This document shows positions 1-9,681 of a DNA stretch of 64,000 nt, one piece after another; position 1 is the stretch's first letter; every line of letters begins with the position of its first letter. Source of the stretch: an uncultured Chlorobiaceae bacterium (GTDB lineage: Bacteria > Bacteroidota > Ignavibacteria > UBA10030 > SZUA-254). A program made the translations under genes and the position numbers. The DNA is taken from assembly GCA_964484465.1 (NCBI GenBank), contig CAZAFL010000016.1, positions 4,072 through 68,071 of the forward strand. Direction: 5' to 3'. The notes beneath the pieces were generated by a model. That model was not told where the DNA came from. It did not search any database and worked only from the letters and a program-made list of their open reading frames with translations.

Positions 1-987
1 ATGATACATCAGAAGAAGAATATCTTCCGTTCGTTCTCGGAGCGGCGGGAGACTGATCCGGACGGCATTCAAACGATAGTAAAGATCTTCCCTGAAGCTT
101 TTTTCTTTCAACGAATCAGAAAGCTTTCTGTTCGTGGCGGCAATAATTCTTACATCAACTTTCCGTGTGATGTTTTCACCGAGCCGTTCAAATTCCCGGT
201 CCTGAAGAAACCGTAACAATTTTACCTGTGTCGATTGAGGTATTTCTCCGATTTCATCGAGAAATATAGTGCCGCCGTCCGCAGTTTCGAAACGTCCCTG
301 GCGTTCTTTAAACGCGCCGGTGAATGCACCTTTGACGTGACCGAACAATTCGCTCTCAAGAAGATTTTCCGGAAGGGCAGCACAATTTATTTTGATGAAG
401 GGATGCGGGCGACGAGTACTGTTATCATGAATGAAATGAGCAACAAGTTCTTTTCCCGTGCCGCTTTCTCCTTCGACGAGAACAGTGAGCGAACTGTCTG
501 CAACCTGCTGCGCAAGCTCGAGCTGTTGCCGCATTACCGGGTTGCGCGTGACAATAGTCGAACCCCCCGGCTGGTGCTCCATCCGGTTGCGAAGTGAGCG
601 GACCTCCTCTTTGAGGGCATGGTGTTCAAAAACTTTCTCCGCAAAGAGCTGTAGCTCTTTGAGGTCGAACGGTTTCTGCAGAAAATCGAACGCACCGTTC
701 TTGATCGCATCGACTGCACTATCAATCGAGCCATGGGCAGTAATAATCACCGGAGTCGTTTCGGGAGACCGTTGACGGATTTCTTTCAACACCTGCATAC
801 CGTCGATCGGCTGCATCATGAGGTCGATGAACGAAATCGCATAGTTCTTCTCACAAAGATGTTCCAATCCATCGAGAGGGTTACCGAACCCATCGACCGT
901 GAAACCAATGGCTTCCAATCCCATGGTCACGGTTTTCAGAATGTTCGGCTCATCATCGATAACCAGGATCGCGCCGCGTTTGTTCAT
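1..987 (-). CDS. Sigma-54-dependent response regulator (NtrC family), C-terminus cut by the window edge: receiver domain plus AAA+ sigma-54 activator domain
   Basis: Not in the ORF track because it runs off the window. Minus-strand translation from the ATG at 985-987 gives [20 protein letters not shown]... (receiver), ...[20 protein letters not shown]... (Walker A) and ...[15 protein letters not shown] (sigma-54 contact motif). The ATG overlaps the TGA of the upstream kinase gene (ATGA at 984-987). This resembles ygeV-type sigma-54 control of the downstream purine cluster. Confidence 0.8.
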   Translation of the reverse strand, partial: MNKRGAILVIDDEPNILKTVTMGLEAIGFTVDGFGNPLDGLEHLCEKNYAISFIDLMMQPIDGMQVLKEIRQRSPETTPVIITAHGSIDSAVDAIKNGAFDFLQKPFDLKELQLFAEKVFEHHALKEEVRSLRNRMEHQPGGSTIVTRNPVMRQQLELAQQVADSSLTVLVEGESGTGKELVAHFIHDNSTRRPHPFIKINCAALPENLLESELFGHVKGAFTGAFKERQGRFETADGGTIFLDEIGEIPQSTQVKLLRFLQDREFERLGENITRKVDVRIIAATNRKLSDSLKEKSFREDLYYRLNAVRISLPPLRERTEDILLLMYH

Positions 988-2849
988 ACCGGCTGTGCCT
1001 GCATCGAAGGTAATCGAAATGAGAATGTGGAGCCTTTATTCACGTCACTTACCACCCAGATTTTACCACCATAGAGTTCGACGATTTCTTTTGCGATTGC
1101 CAGTCCCAACCCTACACTCCCTGGTGTATTATCGGAGCTTTGTTTCACCTGGACAAATTTGTCGAAAATTTTATCGATATGTTCCGGTGGGATACCTCGT
1201 CCGGTATCCTTAACCTGTACAAGGATATTGTTTCCCTGAGATATTGCAGATACTTCCACTTTGCCTCCTGCATTCGTGTACCGGAGAGCGTTATTCACCA
1301 GGTTTGAGATGACCCATGAAAATTGTTGCTCGTTTCCCACCAGCGGCGGCAGATGCGGGTCAATAGAGATTGCCAGTTCAACTCCTTTCTCCTTGAACGG
1401 AAGTAGCAGAGGTTCGACCGCAGAATGGAGAACCTTGTCGATTCTGACAACCTCTTCCCTCGTATCGATTTTGCCCGATTCGAGTTTTGACAATTGGAGA
1501 AGTTCCCGCACAAGCTTTGTGAGCCTCTCGCAATCCTGCTTGGAGGAATTTAACAGATCGCGCTGTGCTTCCGTCAGCGGACCGAGCAACCCCTGGCGCA
1601 TAAGGTCGACGCCCATGTTGATTGAGGTAAGCGGCGTACGGAACTCATGCGAAACCGCCGCCATAAAATCAGATTTCATTTTGTCGAGTTCTTTAAACTG
1701 TGTGACATCCTGAAGGATCAGTACGAGACCGCCGCGGCCCCCATGAGGCGACGGGATTTCACTGATCCGCGGACGGAAATAGATCTGCCTCCCGTGATGC
1801 TGGAACAGCAGATAAGGCTGGCTTCGCTCCATCGCTTCCGCAGGAGACTTCAGAATATTGATCAGGCGTTCATCGCGAATACTCTGCTCAATTTTTTTCC
1901 CGAGGACGTCCTGTTCCCGAATCTGAAGTAATTCCTCCGCCGAACGATTGATAAGCTGAATATGCAGACCCGAATCACAAACAATAATAGCGTCACCGAT
2001 GCTCTCAACGATCGTTTCAGATTTTTGCTTTTCGGAAAGAATATTTTCGATATTCAATTCCTCATATTTCCGAAGTCGCTCTGTCATTTTATTGAACTCC
2101 CGGCTCAACTCACCCACCTCGTCGCTCGTATGCACGTCAATTTTTAAATCGAGCTGCCCGCGCCCTATCTGGTGAACGGTTTCAGTCAATCGTTCTGCGG
2201 GCTCGATGATTCTTTTCGTAAATTGAATGATCGTGAGAACACTCAGGCCGAACGCCAGCAGCGATGCAGTAAGAACAGCGATGACTGCTTCATCAGAAAC
2301 GGTTTTTGCCTGTTTGCCGACAACCTGCATTTCCTTCTGATTCAGTTCGATGAGCCAGAAACAATGATCCGTCAGCCGTTGTGAGAATGTCCTCACCGTA
2401 TTACCGTAAAAGGCCCTTGCACCCTTAAAGTCGTGATTGTCGGCAAGCGTCGTCAGAGAATCAGTAACAAGAATGTACCCGTTGTACGTCGACCGGATGT
2501 CCTCGAAAATAGGTCCGGCATCGGGAAGCGTGTGCATTTCATTCGCACGATGGTACCACTGGAAGAATTCATTTTTCGCCTCAGAAATCTTTGTTTTCCC
2601 GCCTGACAAGTCCTTATCGAGAATCAGGGAGATGCCCGATTCATAATGCTCAATGGCGGAAGCCATATTTTCAACCGCCATGATATTGGGATAATTTTCA
2701 CTCAGGATGGAATTCAACGCCTGCGAAAGGTGGCCAAAATTGTAAATCGCCCAGACAGTTGCCGCGACATTAATGATAACGAGGACGATATAGCCGAACC
2801 CTATCTTAAAGCGTAAACTGTGGAAAAATGGTATGCGCATGGGATGCAT
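984..2849 (-). CDS. Sensor histidine kinase (two N-terminal TM segments, HAMP, PAS, HisKA, HATPase_c)
   Basis: HisKA H-box 'SHEFRTPLTSI', HATPase G-boxes 'DTGRGIP' and 'GLGLAIAKEIVELYGGKIWV', a PAS-like segment, and N-terminal hydrophobic stretches. It is translationally coupled to the regulator above by an ATGA overlap. Confidence 0.85.
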   Translation of the reverse strand: MHPMRIPFFHSLRFKIGFGYIVLVIINVAATVWAIYNFGHLSQALNSILSENYPNIMAVENMASAIEHYESGISLILDKDLSGGKTKISEAKNEFFQWYHRANEMHTLPDAGPIFEDIRSTYNGYILVTDSLTTLADNHDFKGARAFYGNTVRTFSQRLTDHCFWLIELNQKEMQVVGKQAKTVSDEAVIAVLTASLLAFGLSVLTIIQFTKRIIEPAERLTETVHQIGRGQLDLKIDVHTSDEVGELSREFNKMTERLRKYEELNIENILSEKQKSETIVESIGDAIIVCDSGLHIQLINRSAEELLQIREQDVLGKKIEQSIRDERLINILKSPAEAMERSQPYLLFQHHGRQIYFRPRISEIPSPHGGRGGLVLILQDVTQFKELDKMKSDFMAAVSHEFRTPLTSINMGVDLMRQGLLGPLTEAQRDLLNSSKQDCERLTKLVRELLQLSKLESGKIDTREEVVRIDKVLHSAVEPLLLPFKEKGVELAISIDPHLPPLVGNEQQFSWVISNLVNNALRYTNAGGKVEVSAISQGNNILVQVKDTGRGIPPEHIDKIFDKFVQVKQSSDNTPGSVGLGLAIAKEIVELYGGKIWVVSDVNKGSTFSFRLPSMQAQPV

Positions 2850-2927
2850 ATAATATATCCAGAATAGCGGGCAAATTCAAGGATGGGTTTGAAGAGGTAC
2901 AGCCGGAGGAACAGCTTACAAGGAAGG

Positions 2928-3308
2928 CTATTGCGGAATGAGATCTTTCAGACGTTCTTCGATTTGCTCAATGTCTATCGGTTTACGCAAAATCCCGAAT
3001 ACTCCGACTTTCCGGGCTTCCTGCAAAACCCTGGAATCCTGAAAACCAGTGATAAACAAAAAGGGGATTGAGGATGTTTCTGGCGTGGCTTTAATTTTCT
3101 TGAACATATCGAACCCGCTCAGTCGTGGCATCACAATATCTGAAATTATAACATCTGGACTGAACGTGGCAAGCTTGGTTAACCCTTCTTCTCCGTCATG
3201 GGCAACTTCGACTTCGTAGCCATCCATTGTAAGAAGGTCTCGTAATAGCTCGGCAAACCCTGCCTCATCATCTACCAGTAGAATTTTTCTGGGCTTTTTA
3301 TCCTTCAT
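2928..3308 (-). CDS. Stand-alone response-regulator receiver (CheY-like) protein
   Basis: 'KILLVDDE' start, conserved Asp (ISDIVMP), Thr/Lys positions. It is 126 aa with no output domain. Confidence 0.8.
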   Translation of the reverse strand: MKDKKPRKILLVDDEAGFAELLRDLLTMDGYEVEVAHDGEEGLTKLATFSPDVIISDIVMPRLSGFDMFKKIKATPETSSIPFLFITGFQDSRVLQEARKVGVFGILRKPIDIEQIEERLKDLIPQ

Positions 3309-3405
3309 TCTTCGCTTGATTAGTTACCAAAGGAGAAGTGGTGCGGTAAAATATATAAAAACACCTTCCAAGAAGCAAATTGGGCAAAATTTACTACTTT
3401 GTAAT

Positions 3406-4263
3406 TTATTTAATAACGACCATTTTCTTAAAAGAAGAAAACACTTTTTTGTCGCCACCAGCATCACTATTTTTTGCGAATCCCTGAAAACTATAAATAT
3501 AAACACCCGAAGAAACTTTGGAGGCGTCGAATTGGACTTCATGCATGCCCGGCGGTTGGGTCTCTTTCACGAGCGCTTTCACAAGCTTGCCATCAAGAGA
3601 ATAAACATTAAGAGTAACGAACGATGAATTCTCGAGCCGGTAAGAAATAGTAGTAGCAGGATTGAATGGATTAGGATAATTTTGATACAGGTAAACGCTC
3701 GTCGGTAAGTCCTTTTCGGAAACATCAGACGATGGAACAATTCTCACAATAAAGTCAGGTCCAAAGTTGTACTGGTCTCCCGTCGGATCCCCATTAAGAT
3801 TCACGCTATTCGCGACCGAAAAGATTGTGTCTACTCCGGTGTTTACCGGCGCCTGGTACTGAAATTTCCACCGCACGGTATCATTCTGAAAATGCTTTGG
3901 CGAGACATGGGTAAGTTCACCATCCATAAGGTACGAAGTCGTATCTCCGGGAGCGAGAATGCCTTTATCTGCGGCGACATTATACCCTCCTGCCACAGCC
4001 GGTCCGCCTTTCATCAGAATATAGTACGTGTTAGTGGTTCCCGCCTGGACACTATCGGAACCGCTAATCCAGACCTGGACAGAGTCCGTTGGCGCCATGA
4101 CTCCATGGCAGAGACACCCTGCACCGCTGTTTTTTCTCGTCATGCCAACGATGCCGTCAGAATGGAGTACTTCAAACCCGACAAAGGCAACATAACAGGT
4201 TGCAAGAATGAGGACTATTTTCGAACGGTCAGACATTTGATTGATTGATTTATTAATTATCAA
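3406..4263 (-). CDS. Secreted hypothetical protein with T9SS C-terminal sorting domain
   Basis: The C-terminus 'YQNYPNPFNPATTISYRLENSSFVTLNVYSLDGKLV' is a T9SS C-terminal domain and there is an N-terminal hydrophobic signal. The probable true start is the internal Met near 4236. Confidence 0.6.
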   Translation of the reverse strand: MIINKSINQMSDRSKIVLILATCYVAFVGFEVLHSDGIVGMTRKNSGAGCLCHGVMAPTDSVQVWISGSDSVQAGTTNTYYILMKGGPAVAGGYNVAADKGILAPGDTTSYLMDGELTHVSPKHFQNDTVRWKFQYQAPVNTGVDTIFSVANSVNLNGDPTGDQYNFGPDFIVRIVPSSDVSEKDLPTSVYLYQNYPNPFNPATTISYRLENSSFVTLNVYSLDGKLVKALVKETQPPGMHEVQFDASKVSSGVYIYSFQGFAKNSDAGGDKKVFSSFKKMVVIK

Positions 4264-4409
4264 TATTGAAACTATTCACCATCAACAATCAAGCCATACT
4301 CTACCATGCCGTACCCGAACGGAGCACAGCAACCACAAAGTATCCAAGCAAAAGAGCCAAAACAATAATCAGTCTAAGTTGTGTTTCTTTACTCATATAA
4401 AGAGTAATG

Positions 4410-5552
4410 TTATTTCTTCCCTTCCGGCATTGCAAATTTGCTATCGTCAATTGCGGTGTTTTGTTCGACGGCAGTAATTTTCCTCGTGATATTTGCCCGC
4501 TGGTCGATACCGGAAATTTTCATCGCAAAAGGAATCTTCACTCCGTCAACAATCCTGTAATCTTCATAATCGGTTTGATTGGGGATATCACCGATCGGCG
4601 TCCCATTCACGATGACCCTGCGAAGCAGCAATCCGCTTGTCGTATCGATACAATACCGCTCACGTGACGCTTCGTTCATGAGACTCAGAATATATGATGG
4701 CCTGCCGTTCACCGTATCGACGCCACGGACCCTGACGTTCGCGATATGTTCGCTCAAGCGCTGTACCGGGAAGAGAGGTGCGTCGCGAAGCATCAGCGCC
4801 TTCTCTGCTTCCGTCGCTGGATGGACGCCTTCTCTTCCGGTCGCCCAGCCGTTCGTCCCGTCGAATCCCCTGCTCATCCCTCCGAATTTTCCGAAAGTCA
4901 TCGACGCCATATATTTTCCCGGGGCTTTCTGATACATCTCGATCGGGTTTTCCCTTCCTTGTCCGCCGGCGTCTATTCCCTTGGTGATGCGTGATTTGAT
5001 GTTGGCAATCGCGGAGGATCCACCTAATGCGTTTTCATATTTCGTAATCACTGCTTCAGAAGTTGGAAGCTTTGCCTCCTCTTCCCGTTCTTCCTCACGG
5101 TTTTCAGTATGAGGCGGATTAATCGGAATCATTGACACCGGGTCGGTCGAGCCATGATGACAGGTAAAACAGGTGACCTCATGCCTGCCGTTGAAATATT
5201 TTTCGTTCATGTCCATCACCATCTGTATCATCTTCCGTGCAGTCCCTTTCTGGCGTTTGTCGTCGAGCTCAAACCTCAGGGCTGAAGAATCCGCGACGTG
5301 GCAATGGATGCATTCAACATTCAGCGACGCAGCCATCAGGTTCATGACGGGAATTAATTGTGAGGCCGGAAGTCCTTTCAGCACCTGAATGTTTTTCTTC
5401 ACCTGCTCTACTGTGGGTTCCTTCTGGGCCATTTCACCGGGACCACCCTGAGTCTTTTTTCCTTGGAATCTGAAATTCATCAGTAACAGAGCTGCGGTAA
5501 CGACAGATGCTGCAATCAAGCAATGAACGAAGAATGCTTTACTCATGAACAC
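4410..5552 (-). CDS. Di-heme c-type cytochrome: two reaction-centre-cytochrome-like (CytoC_RC-type) heme modules plus a C-terminal domain of unknown function
   Basis: Signal peptide. Two CXXCH motifs (CIHCH, CFTCHHG), each preceded by the '...L..MAASL.VEC' / 'M..M......F......VTC' context typical of PF02276-like modules. Confidence 0.7.
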   Translation of the reverse strand: MFMSKAFFVHCLIAASVVTAALLLMNFRFQGKKTQGGPGEMAQKEPTVEQVKKNIQVLKGLPASQLIPVMNLMAASLNVECIHCHVADSSALRFELDDKRQKGTARKMIQMVMDMNEKYFNGRHEVTCFTCHHGSTDPVSMIPINPPHTENREEEREEEAKLPTSEAVITKYENALGGSSAIANIKSRITKGIDAGGQGRENPIEMYQKAPGKYMASMTFGKFGGMSRGFDGTNGWATGREGVHPATEAEKALMLRDAPLFPVQRLSEHIANVRVRGVDTVNGRPSYILSLMNEASRERYCIDTTSGLLLRRVIVNGTPIGDIPNQTDYEDYRIVDGVKIPFAMKISGIDQRANITRKITAVEQNTAIDDSKFAMPEGKK

Positions 5553-5617
5553 TACTCTCCTTTATTCTTGTTGGTGTTATTGATGCGACAATTTTATCCT
5601 GGATGAAGCGGCAATAT

Positions 5618-5655
5618 TCAGGATTCCTTCTTCATCGTTAAAGAAGGAATCCTGA
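5618..5655 (-). terminator. Strong perfect hairpin (14-15 bp stem TCAGGATTCCTTCT / AGAAGGAATCCTGA) between the Cys-rich peptide gene and the cytochrome gene; no U-tract
   Basis: Inverted repeat read directly from the sequence. Position is consistent with a terminator or attenuator for the peptide gene. Confidence 0.45.
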
Positions 5656-5681
5656 AATACTCAATGCGGCTCCGTATTCAA

Positions 5682-5939
5682 TTAATTTGGATTACCGTCA
5701 ACACATTGGGTCGACGACCAGCCCGCACAACGTGCAACGCAGGAGTTGAGATACCTGCATTTTTGCTTGCCACAGAGGACGGGAGCATAGGCAGTACCGC
5801 ATCCGCATCCTGAGCCCGACGGACAACCGCCGCCGCTGTTTCCATTTCCAGCAACAGCTACGTCAGACTGTAAAAGAATCGCGCCTGCAACGAGAATGAC
5901 CAGCGCAATCATGAGGACAACCGCCTGAAAATGTTTCAT
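5682..5939 (-). CDS. Small secreted cysteine-rich peptide (85 aa precursor; about 58 aa mature with 10 Cys)
   Basis: Signal peptide MKHFQAVVLMIALVILVAGAILL, then a Gly/Cys-rich core GGGCPSGSGCGCGT...CGKQKC...CVARC...QC. A 14-15 bp hairpin follows immediately downstream. Confidence 0.5.
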   Translation of the reverse strand: MKHFQAVVLMIALVILVAGAILLQSDVAVAGNGNSGGGCPSGSGCGCGTAYAPVLCGKQKCRYLNSCVARCAGWSSTQCVDGNPN

Positions 5940-5970
5940 GTTATTCTCCTTCTGATAGTGAAGTGAGCAG

Positions 5971-6558
5971 TTAGTTAATTGAACCCGCCGGGGATTTTAG
6001 AGAATTTTGAATTTCCTGTACCGTGTTCATCGAAAGTTCTCCCAACCAAACATGTTCGACGACACCATCACCACTGATAAGAATAGTCTGAGGGACTCCC
6101 GATATTTTATACTCTGACTCAAAATGTTTATCGGCGTCAACCACAAGGTCAAACTGGGTGACGGAAGCATTGCGGTACTTCCTGGTTTCATCTGTCCCGT
6201 CAATTGAAACGCCGAGGATACGGCAATTATTTTCCATATTTTCCTGTGCAATGTGATTCCAGTACGGAAGATCATGTTCACAATGAGAGCAGCTTGTCGA
6301 CATCACAAACAGAAGCCATCGTTTCGGTAATCCTGAAAACTCAAGTTTGCTGACCGTCCCGTCAATGCTTGTGAAACTGCAGGCACCCACATGATCACCA
6401 GCTTTCAACGTTTGAGCGTAGGGGTCAATACGGTTGCTAAGCATCTCCCGCAATTCCCGATTTTGTTTAATAAGTAATATAACTTCTATCACCAGCCCTA
6501 GAATAACAACAACCGTCGCTACTCTGAACCAATCGGTTTTCAGCAATCTCTTATACAT
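5971..6558 (-). CDS. TlpA/ResA-like membrane-anchored thiol:disulfide oxidoreductase (thioredoxin fold)
   Basis: N-terminal TM anchor, CXXC motif 'CSHC', and a thioredoxin-like layout 'WLLFVMSTSCSHCEH...ILGVS'. Confidence 0.7.
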   Translation of the reverse strand: MYKRLLKTDWFRVATVVVILGLVIEVILLIKQNRELREMLSNRIDPYAQTLKAGDHVGACSFTSIDGTVSKLEFSGLPKRWLLFVMSTSCSHCEHDLPYWNHIAQENMENNCRILGVSIDGTDETRKYRNASVTQFDLVVDADKHFESEYKISGVPQTILISGDGVVEHVWLGELSMNTVQEIQNSLKSPAGSIN

Positions 6559-6699
6559 CGGGGGAGTAAGGTCCTTCTGATCCTGGGAATCATCGAAAAC
6601 AAGATTATGACGTTTAAATTACGACTTATTTGAACGTAATCCAAATGATTTTAGTAGCAAAACAAGAAACTGACAGCTGGTCAGCACCGTTCAGACGAG

Positions 6700-7083
6700 C
6701 TATGATTTAAAATGGGGATTCTCAATTACTCCAAAGAGATTTCCAAAAGGATCTTTCACGACGCCGAGTTTTATTCCACCTCCAACATCCTCAACAGGCC
6801 TATAGGATTTTGCACCGAGTTTCAGCAGCCGTTTGAATGACTGTTCGGCATTTTTGACTCCCCAGTACGCGTCAACTCCACCGACATTCTTCGACCGTTT
6901 GTGATTATCGGGATGCAATCCAAATTCATATCCCCCCACGTTAAATCCCACATAATATTGCGGCATATCAAAATACGGCTTCAAACCGAGAACTTTGATA
7001 TACCATGCTTTCGCTTTTTTAACATTGCGGACGAAGTACACCACAGTGCGTAAGCCATGAAACGACTCTGTCTTCTTTTTCAT
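6700..7083 (-). CDS. VOC/glyoxalase-bleomycin-resistance family protein
   Basis: 127 aa. 'FHGLRTVVYFVRNVKKAKAWY...LG' glyoxalase-like beta-alpha-beta-beta-beta signature and a '...DPFGNLFGV' C-terminal motif. Confidence 0.65.
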   Translation of the reverse strand: MKKKTESFHGLRTVVYFVRNVKKAKAWYIKVLGLKPYFDMPQYYVGFNVGGYEFGLHPDNHKRSKNVGGVDAYWGVKNAEQSFKRLLKLGAKSYRPVEDVGGGIKLGVVKDPFGNLFGVIENPHFKS

Positions 7084-7120
7084 ACCATGAGTCCTTCACA
7101 TTGGTGAATGAGGAATTTGT

Positions 7121-7708
7121 TCAGTTGTTATTCGATAACTGACGGTAATCTTCGGGCGTATCAACATTTATCATAATCCCACCGTCCTGCACTTCAACTT
7201 CAGCGATTTCGTTCTCGTGCGAGCGGACTACAAATCGTGCGCCTACTTCCGGTGGAGCATTGAGCAAGTCATCAAATAGTCTTGAGGAGAACATTACGGG
7301 ATGACCTCTTTTTTTTTCAAATGTGGGAATAACAATCGGGTTGTTCCCTTCATTGAATTTCATTATTAACGTTTTGATTGTCACCGGCAATACGCCCGGA
7401 TGGTCAACGGGGTGTATAAGTACTCCTTCGGGAAGAGTTGACTGCATCGCCTCAATCCCTGTGATAATGGAAGAAAGCTGTCCATGTTCAAAATTTTTAT
7501 TGATGATGATATCGACATTGACATGTTCGAGGTGTTTTCCAACTTCTACGGAATGTGCGCCGGTGACAACAATAATCTTATCGAGGCCTGCACGCCGGTG
7601 CGTATTAATTATGTGACGGACAAACGTCGTATCACGTATTTTTAGCAGCGCTTTGGGCGATCCCATCCTTCCCGAAGCGCCTGCCGCAAGGATAATAGAA
7701 GTTATCAT
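7121..7708 (-). CDS. mocA: Molybdenum cofactor cytidylyltransferase (MocA/MobA-like NTP transferase)
   Basis: 'IILAAGASGRMGSPKALL' nucleotidyltransferase P-loop. About 195 aa. Lies inside the molybdenum hydroxylase cluster (ygfJ position in E. coli). Confidence 0.75.
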   Translation of the reverse strand: MITSIILAAGASGRMGSPKALLKIRDTTFVRHIINTHRRAGLDKIIVVTGAHSVEVGKHLEHVNVDIIINKNFEHGQLSSIITGIEAMQSTLPEGVLIHPVDHPGVLPVTIKTLIMKFNEGNNPIVIPTFEKKRGHPVMFSSRLFDDLLNAPPEVGARFVVRSHENEIAEVEVQDGGIMINVDTPEDYRQLSNNN

Positions 7709-7800
7709 GACTTGCCATCAAGTGAAATGCCTTGCGCGGAACAACATGCGCTCAGTTATTTCAAATTCCGTACTGGAAATGAACCAAACACATCAGCCGT

Positions 7801-8727
7801 TCAGTGTTCAAGAACCCATGATAACAATGCCATCCGGATGTAAATGCCGTTCTGCGTCTGGCGGAAATACGCAGCGCGGGGGTCGGTGTCGACTTCCGCA
7901 GCGATCTCGCCCGACCGCGGTAAGGGATGCATAACAATGGCATGCTGCGGGAGGTGGCGCATCGCACTCTCATCGAAATAATATTGCCGGATGGTTTGTG
8001 AATACTCAACGTCGCTCCCCTGAAATCGTTCCCGTTCGATACGGGTGACATAGACGACATCGATTTCAGGAAGAAATTTCTTCAGGTCGGATTCGCAGGT
8101 ATACCAGACATCGTGATCGTCCAGGTAATCGATCATATCTTCATTCATTTGAAGCGAAGGAGGGGCGACAAAATATATTTTTACCCGTTCGAATTTTCCG
8201 AGAAGGTACGAAAGGGAGCGAACCGTCCTGCCGTCGACAAGATTCCCCACCATGGCGATCTTCAAACCGTCGAGCTTATTGACACCCTTGTAAATCGTAT
8301 ACAGGTCGAGCAATGCCTGCGTCGGGTGTTGTCCCCCCTTTCCATCACCTGCATTGATGACAGGAGAGGAAGATACCGACGCCGCTCTCTTGGCTCCGCC
8401 GACTTCCATGTGCCTCAGCACAATAACGTCGGCATAATCATCGACGACGCGGATGGTATCTTCAAGCGTCTCACCAAGCGAAGCGGAAGAAAAATCCGCC
8501 GCATGTTCGGTTGACAGCACTTTTCCTCCCAGCCGGTGCATTGCCGATTCAAACGAAAATCTCGTCCTCGTCGAAGGTTCATAAAACAACGACGCCATAA
8601 TTTTGTTATCATAATCCTGCGTCCCGCCGCGCCGTACAATACGCTCCATTTCAGCAGCGCGGTCGAACAGTTCCATAATCATCGGAAGGGTAAACTGCTG
8701 GGATTCGAGTATGTGAGAAAGCTTCAT
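7801..8727 (-). CDS. Aspartate-carbamoyltransferase-like carbamoyltransferase (ATCase catalytic-chain family)
   Basis: STRTR carbamoyl-phosphate motif, HPTQ and HPLPR (the ATCase-type motif rather than OTCase HCLP). 308 aa. No pyrI is adjacent. Confidence 0.7.
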   Translation of the reverse strand: MKLSHILESQQFTLPMIMELFDRAAEMERIVRRGGTQDYDNKIMASLFYEPSTRTRFSFESAMHRLGGKVLSTEHAADFSSASLGETLEDTIRVVDDYADVIVLRHMEVGGAKRAASVSSSPVINAGDGKGGQHPTQALLDLYTIYKGVNKLDGLKIAMVGNLVDGRTVRSLSYLLGKFERVKIYFVAPPSLQMNEDMIDYLDDHDVWYTCESDLKKFLPEIDVVYVTRIERERFQGSDVEYSQTIRQYYFDESAMRHLPQHAIVMHPLPRSGEIAAEVDTDPRAAYFRQTQNGIYIRMALLSWVLEH

Positions 8728-8742
8728 TTCTGTACTCCGGAA

Positions 8743-9681
8743 TTAACGAACAATGTGAGTTCCTCCTGCCCCACATACAGCATCTACAAGATGTTCGGGA
8801 TTTGTGATAATCACTTCTTCACCGCCATGAGAGAGAAAATCTACCGATGCTTCTATTTTCGGACCCATACTTCCCGCCGGAAATTGCCCTTCCTGCAAAT
8901 AGCGAAGAGCTTCACTCACCTTCATACGATCCAAAGAAGTTTGATTCTGTTTTTTGTAGTTCATATAGACACGGTCAGTGTCGGTGGAGATGACAAATTT
9001 TTGCATGTGAAGAGCTTTTGCAAGCAGCGCCGATGCCCGGTCTTTATCGATTACCGCTTCGATACCGCGGTAATGACCATTTTCCTGTATAACGGGAATG
9101 CCTCCCCCGCCGACGGCAATGACAATCATTCCATGATGAAGACATTTATCTATTGCATCCAGTTCAACAATTTCATGCGGTACGGGCGATGGAACAACGC
9201 GACGGTATCCCCGCGCGGCGTCTTCGACGATTTGCCATCCCTGGTCCTGTTTCCGGCGTTCTGCTGTCTCTTTGGAATAGAAGGGGCCAACGGGTTTCGT
9301 GGGGTTTGCAAAGGCAGGGTCGTTTTTATCAACAACGACCTGAGTCAGAATGGTAATGACAGGATTTTTTTTTCCTTTTTCACGAAGAGCCGAACGCAAT
9401 GCATTCTGAAGAATGTATCCCATTTCGCCCTGGGTAGATGCATCGCAACTATCCAGTGGAAGCGGATAGACCTGAGCCGACGCCAGTTCCGAACGAATCA
9501 GTTGCGCTCCAACCTGAGGTCCGTTACCGTGTGTAATTACGACCTGAAATCCTCTTGAGATCAATTCGGCAATATATGAGCAGGTCACCGCGGCATTCTG
9601 CATTTGCTCAGCCACCGTTCCGCTTTGCCCTGCGCGGATGAGTGAGTTTCCGCCGATTGCGATGAGGATTGAAGAAATCAT
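8743..9681 (-). CDS. arcC: Carbamate kinase (ArcC/YqeA-like)
   Basis: 'IAIGGNSL' N-terminus, amino-acid-kinase fold motifs ('ITHGNGPQVG'), about 310 aa. Equivalent to yqeA in the E. coli ygf cluster. Confidence 0.85.
   Translation of the reverse strand: MISSILIAIGGNSLIRAGQSGTVAEQMQNAAVTCSYIAELISRGFQVVITHGNGPQVGAQLIRSELASAQVYPLPLDSCDASTQGEMGYILQNALRSALREKGKKNPVITILTQVVVDKNDPAFANPTKPVGPFYSKETAERRKQDQGWQIVEDAARGYRRVVPSPVPHEIVELDAIDKCLHHGMIVIAVGGGGIPVIQENGHYRGIEAVIDKDRASALLAKALHMQKFVISTDTDRVYMNYKKQNQTSLDRMKVSEALRYLQEGQFPAGSMGPKIEASVDFLSHGGEEVIITNPEHLVDAVCGAGGTHIVR

Noticed and set aside
1-216. 71-aa plus-strand ORF at the window start
   Set aside because: It lies antisense within the edge-truncated sigma-54 regulator gene, which has strong motif support.
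3406-4263. Possible heme-binding motif 'CLCHG' in the T9SS cargo protein
   Set aside because: It is CXCH, not the CXXCH needed for c-type heme attachment, so there are no grounds to call a cytochrome.
8536-9558. 340-aa plus-strand ORF
   Set aside because: It lies antisense to a clear carbamate kinase gene. Its composition is Arg/Phe/Cys-rich junk with no family resemblance.
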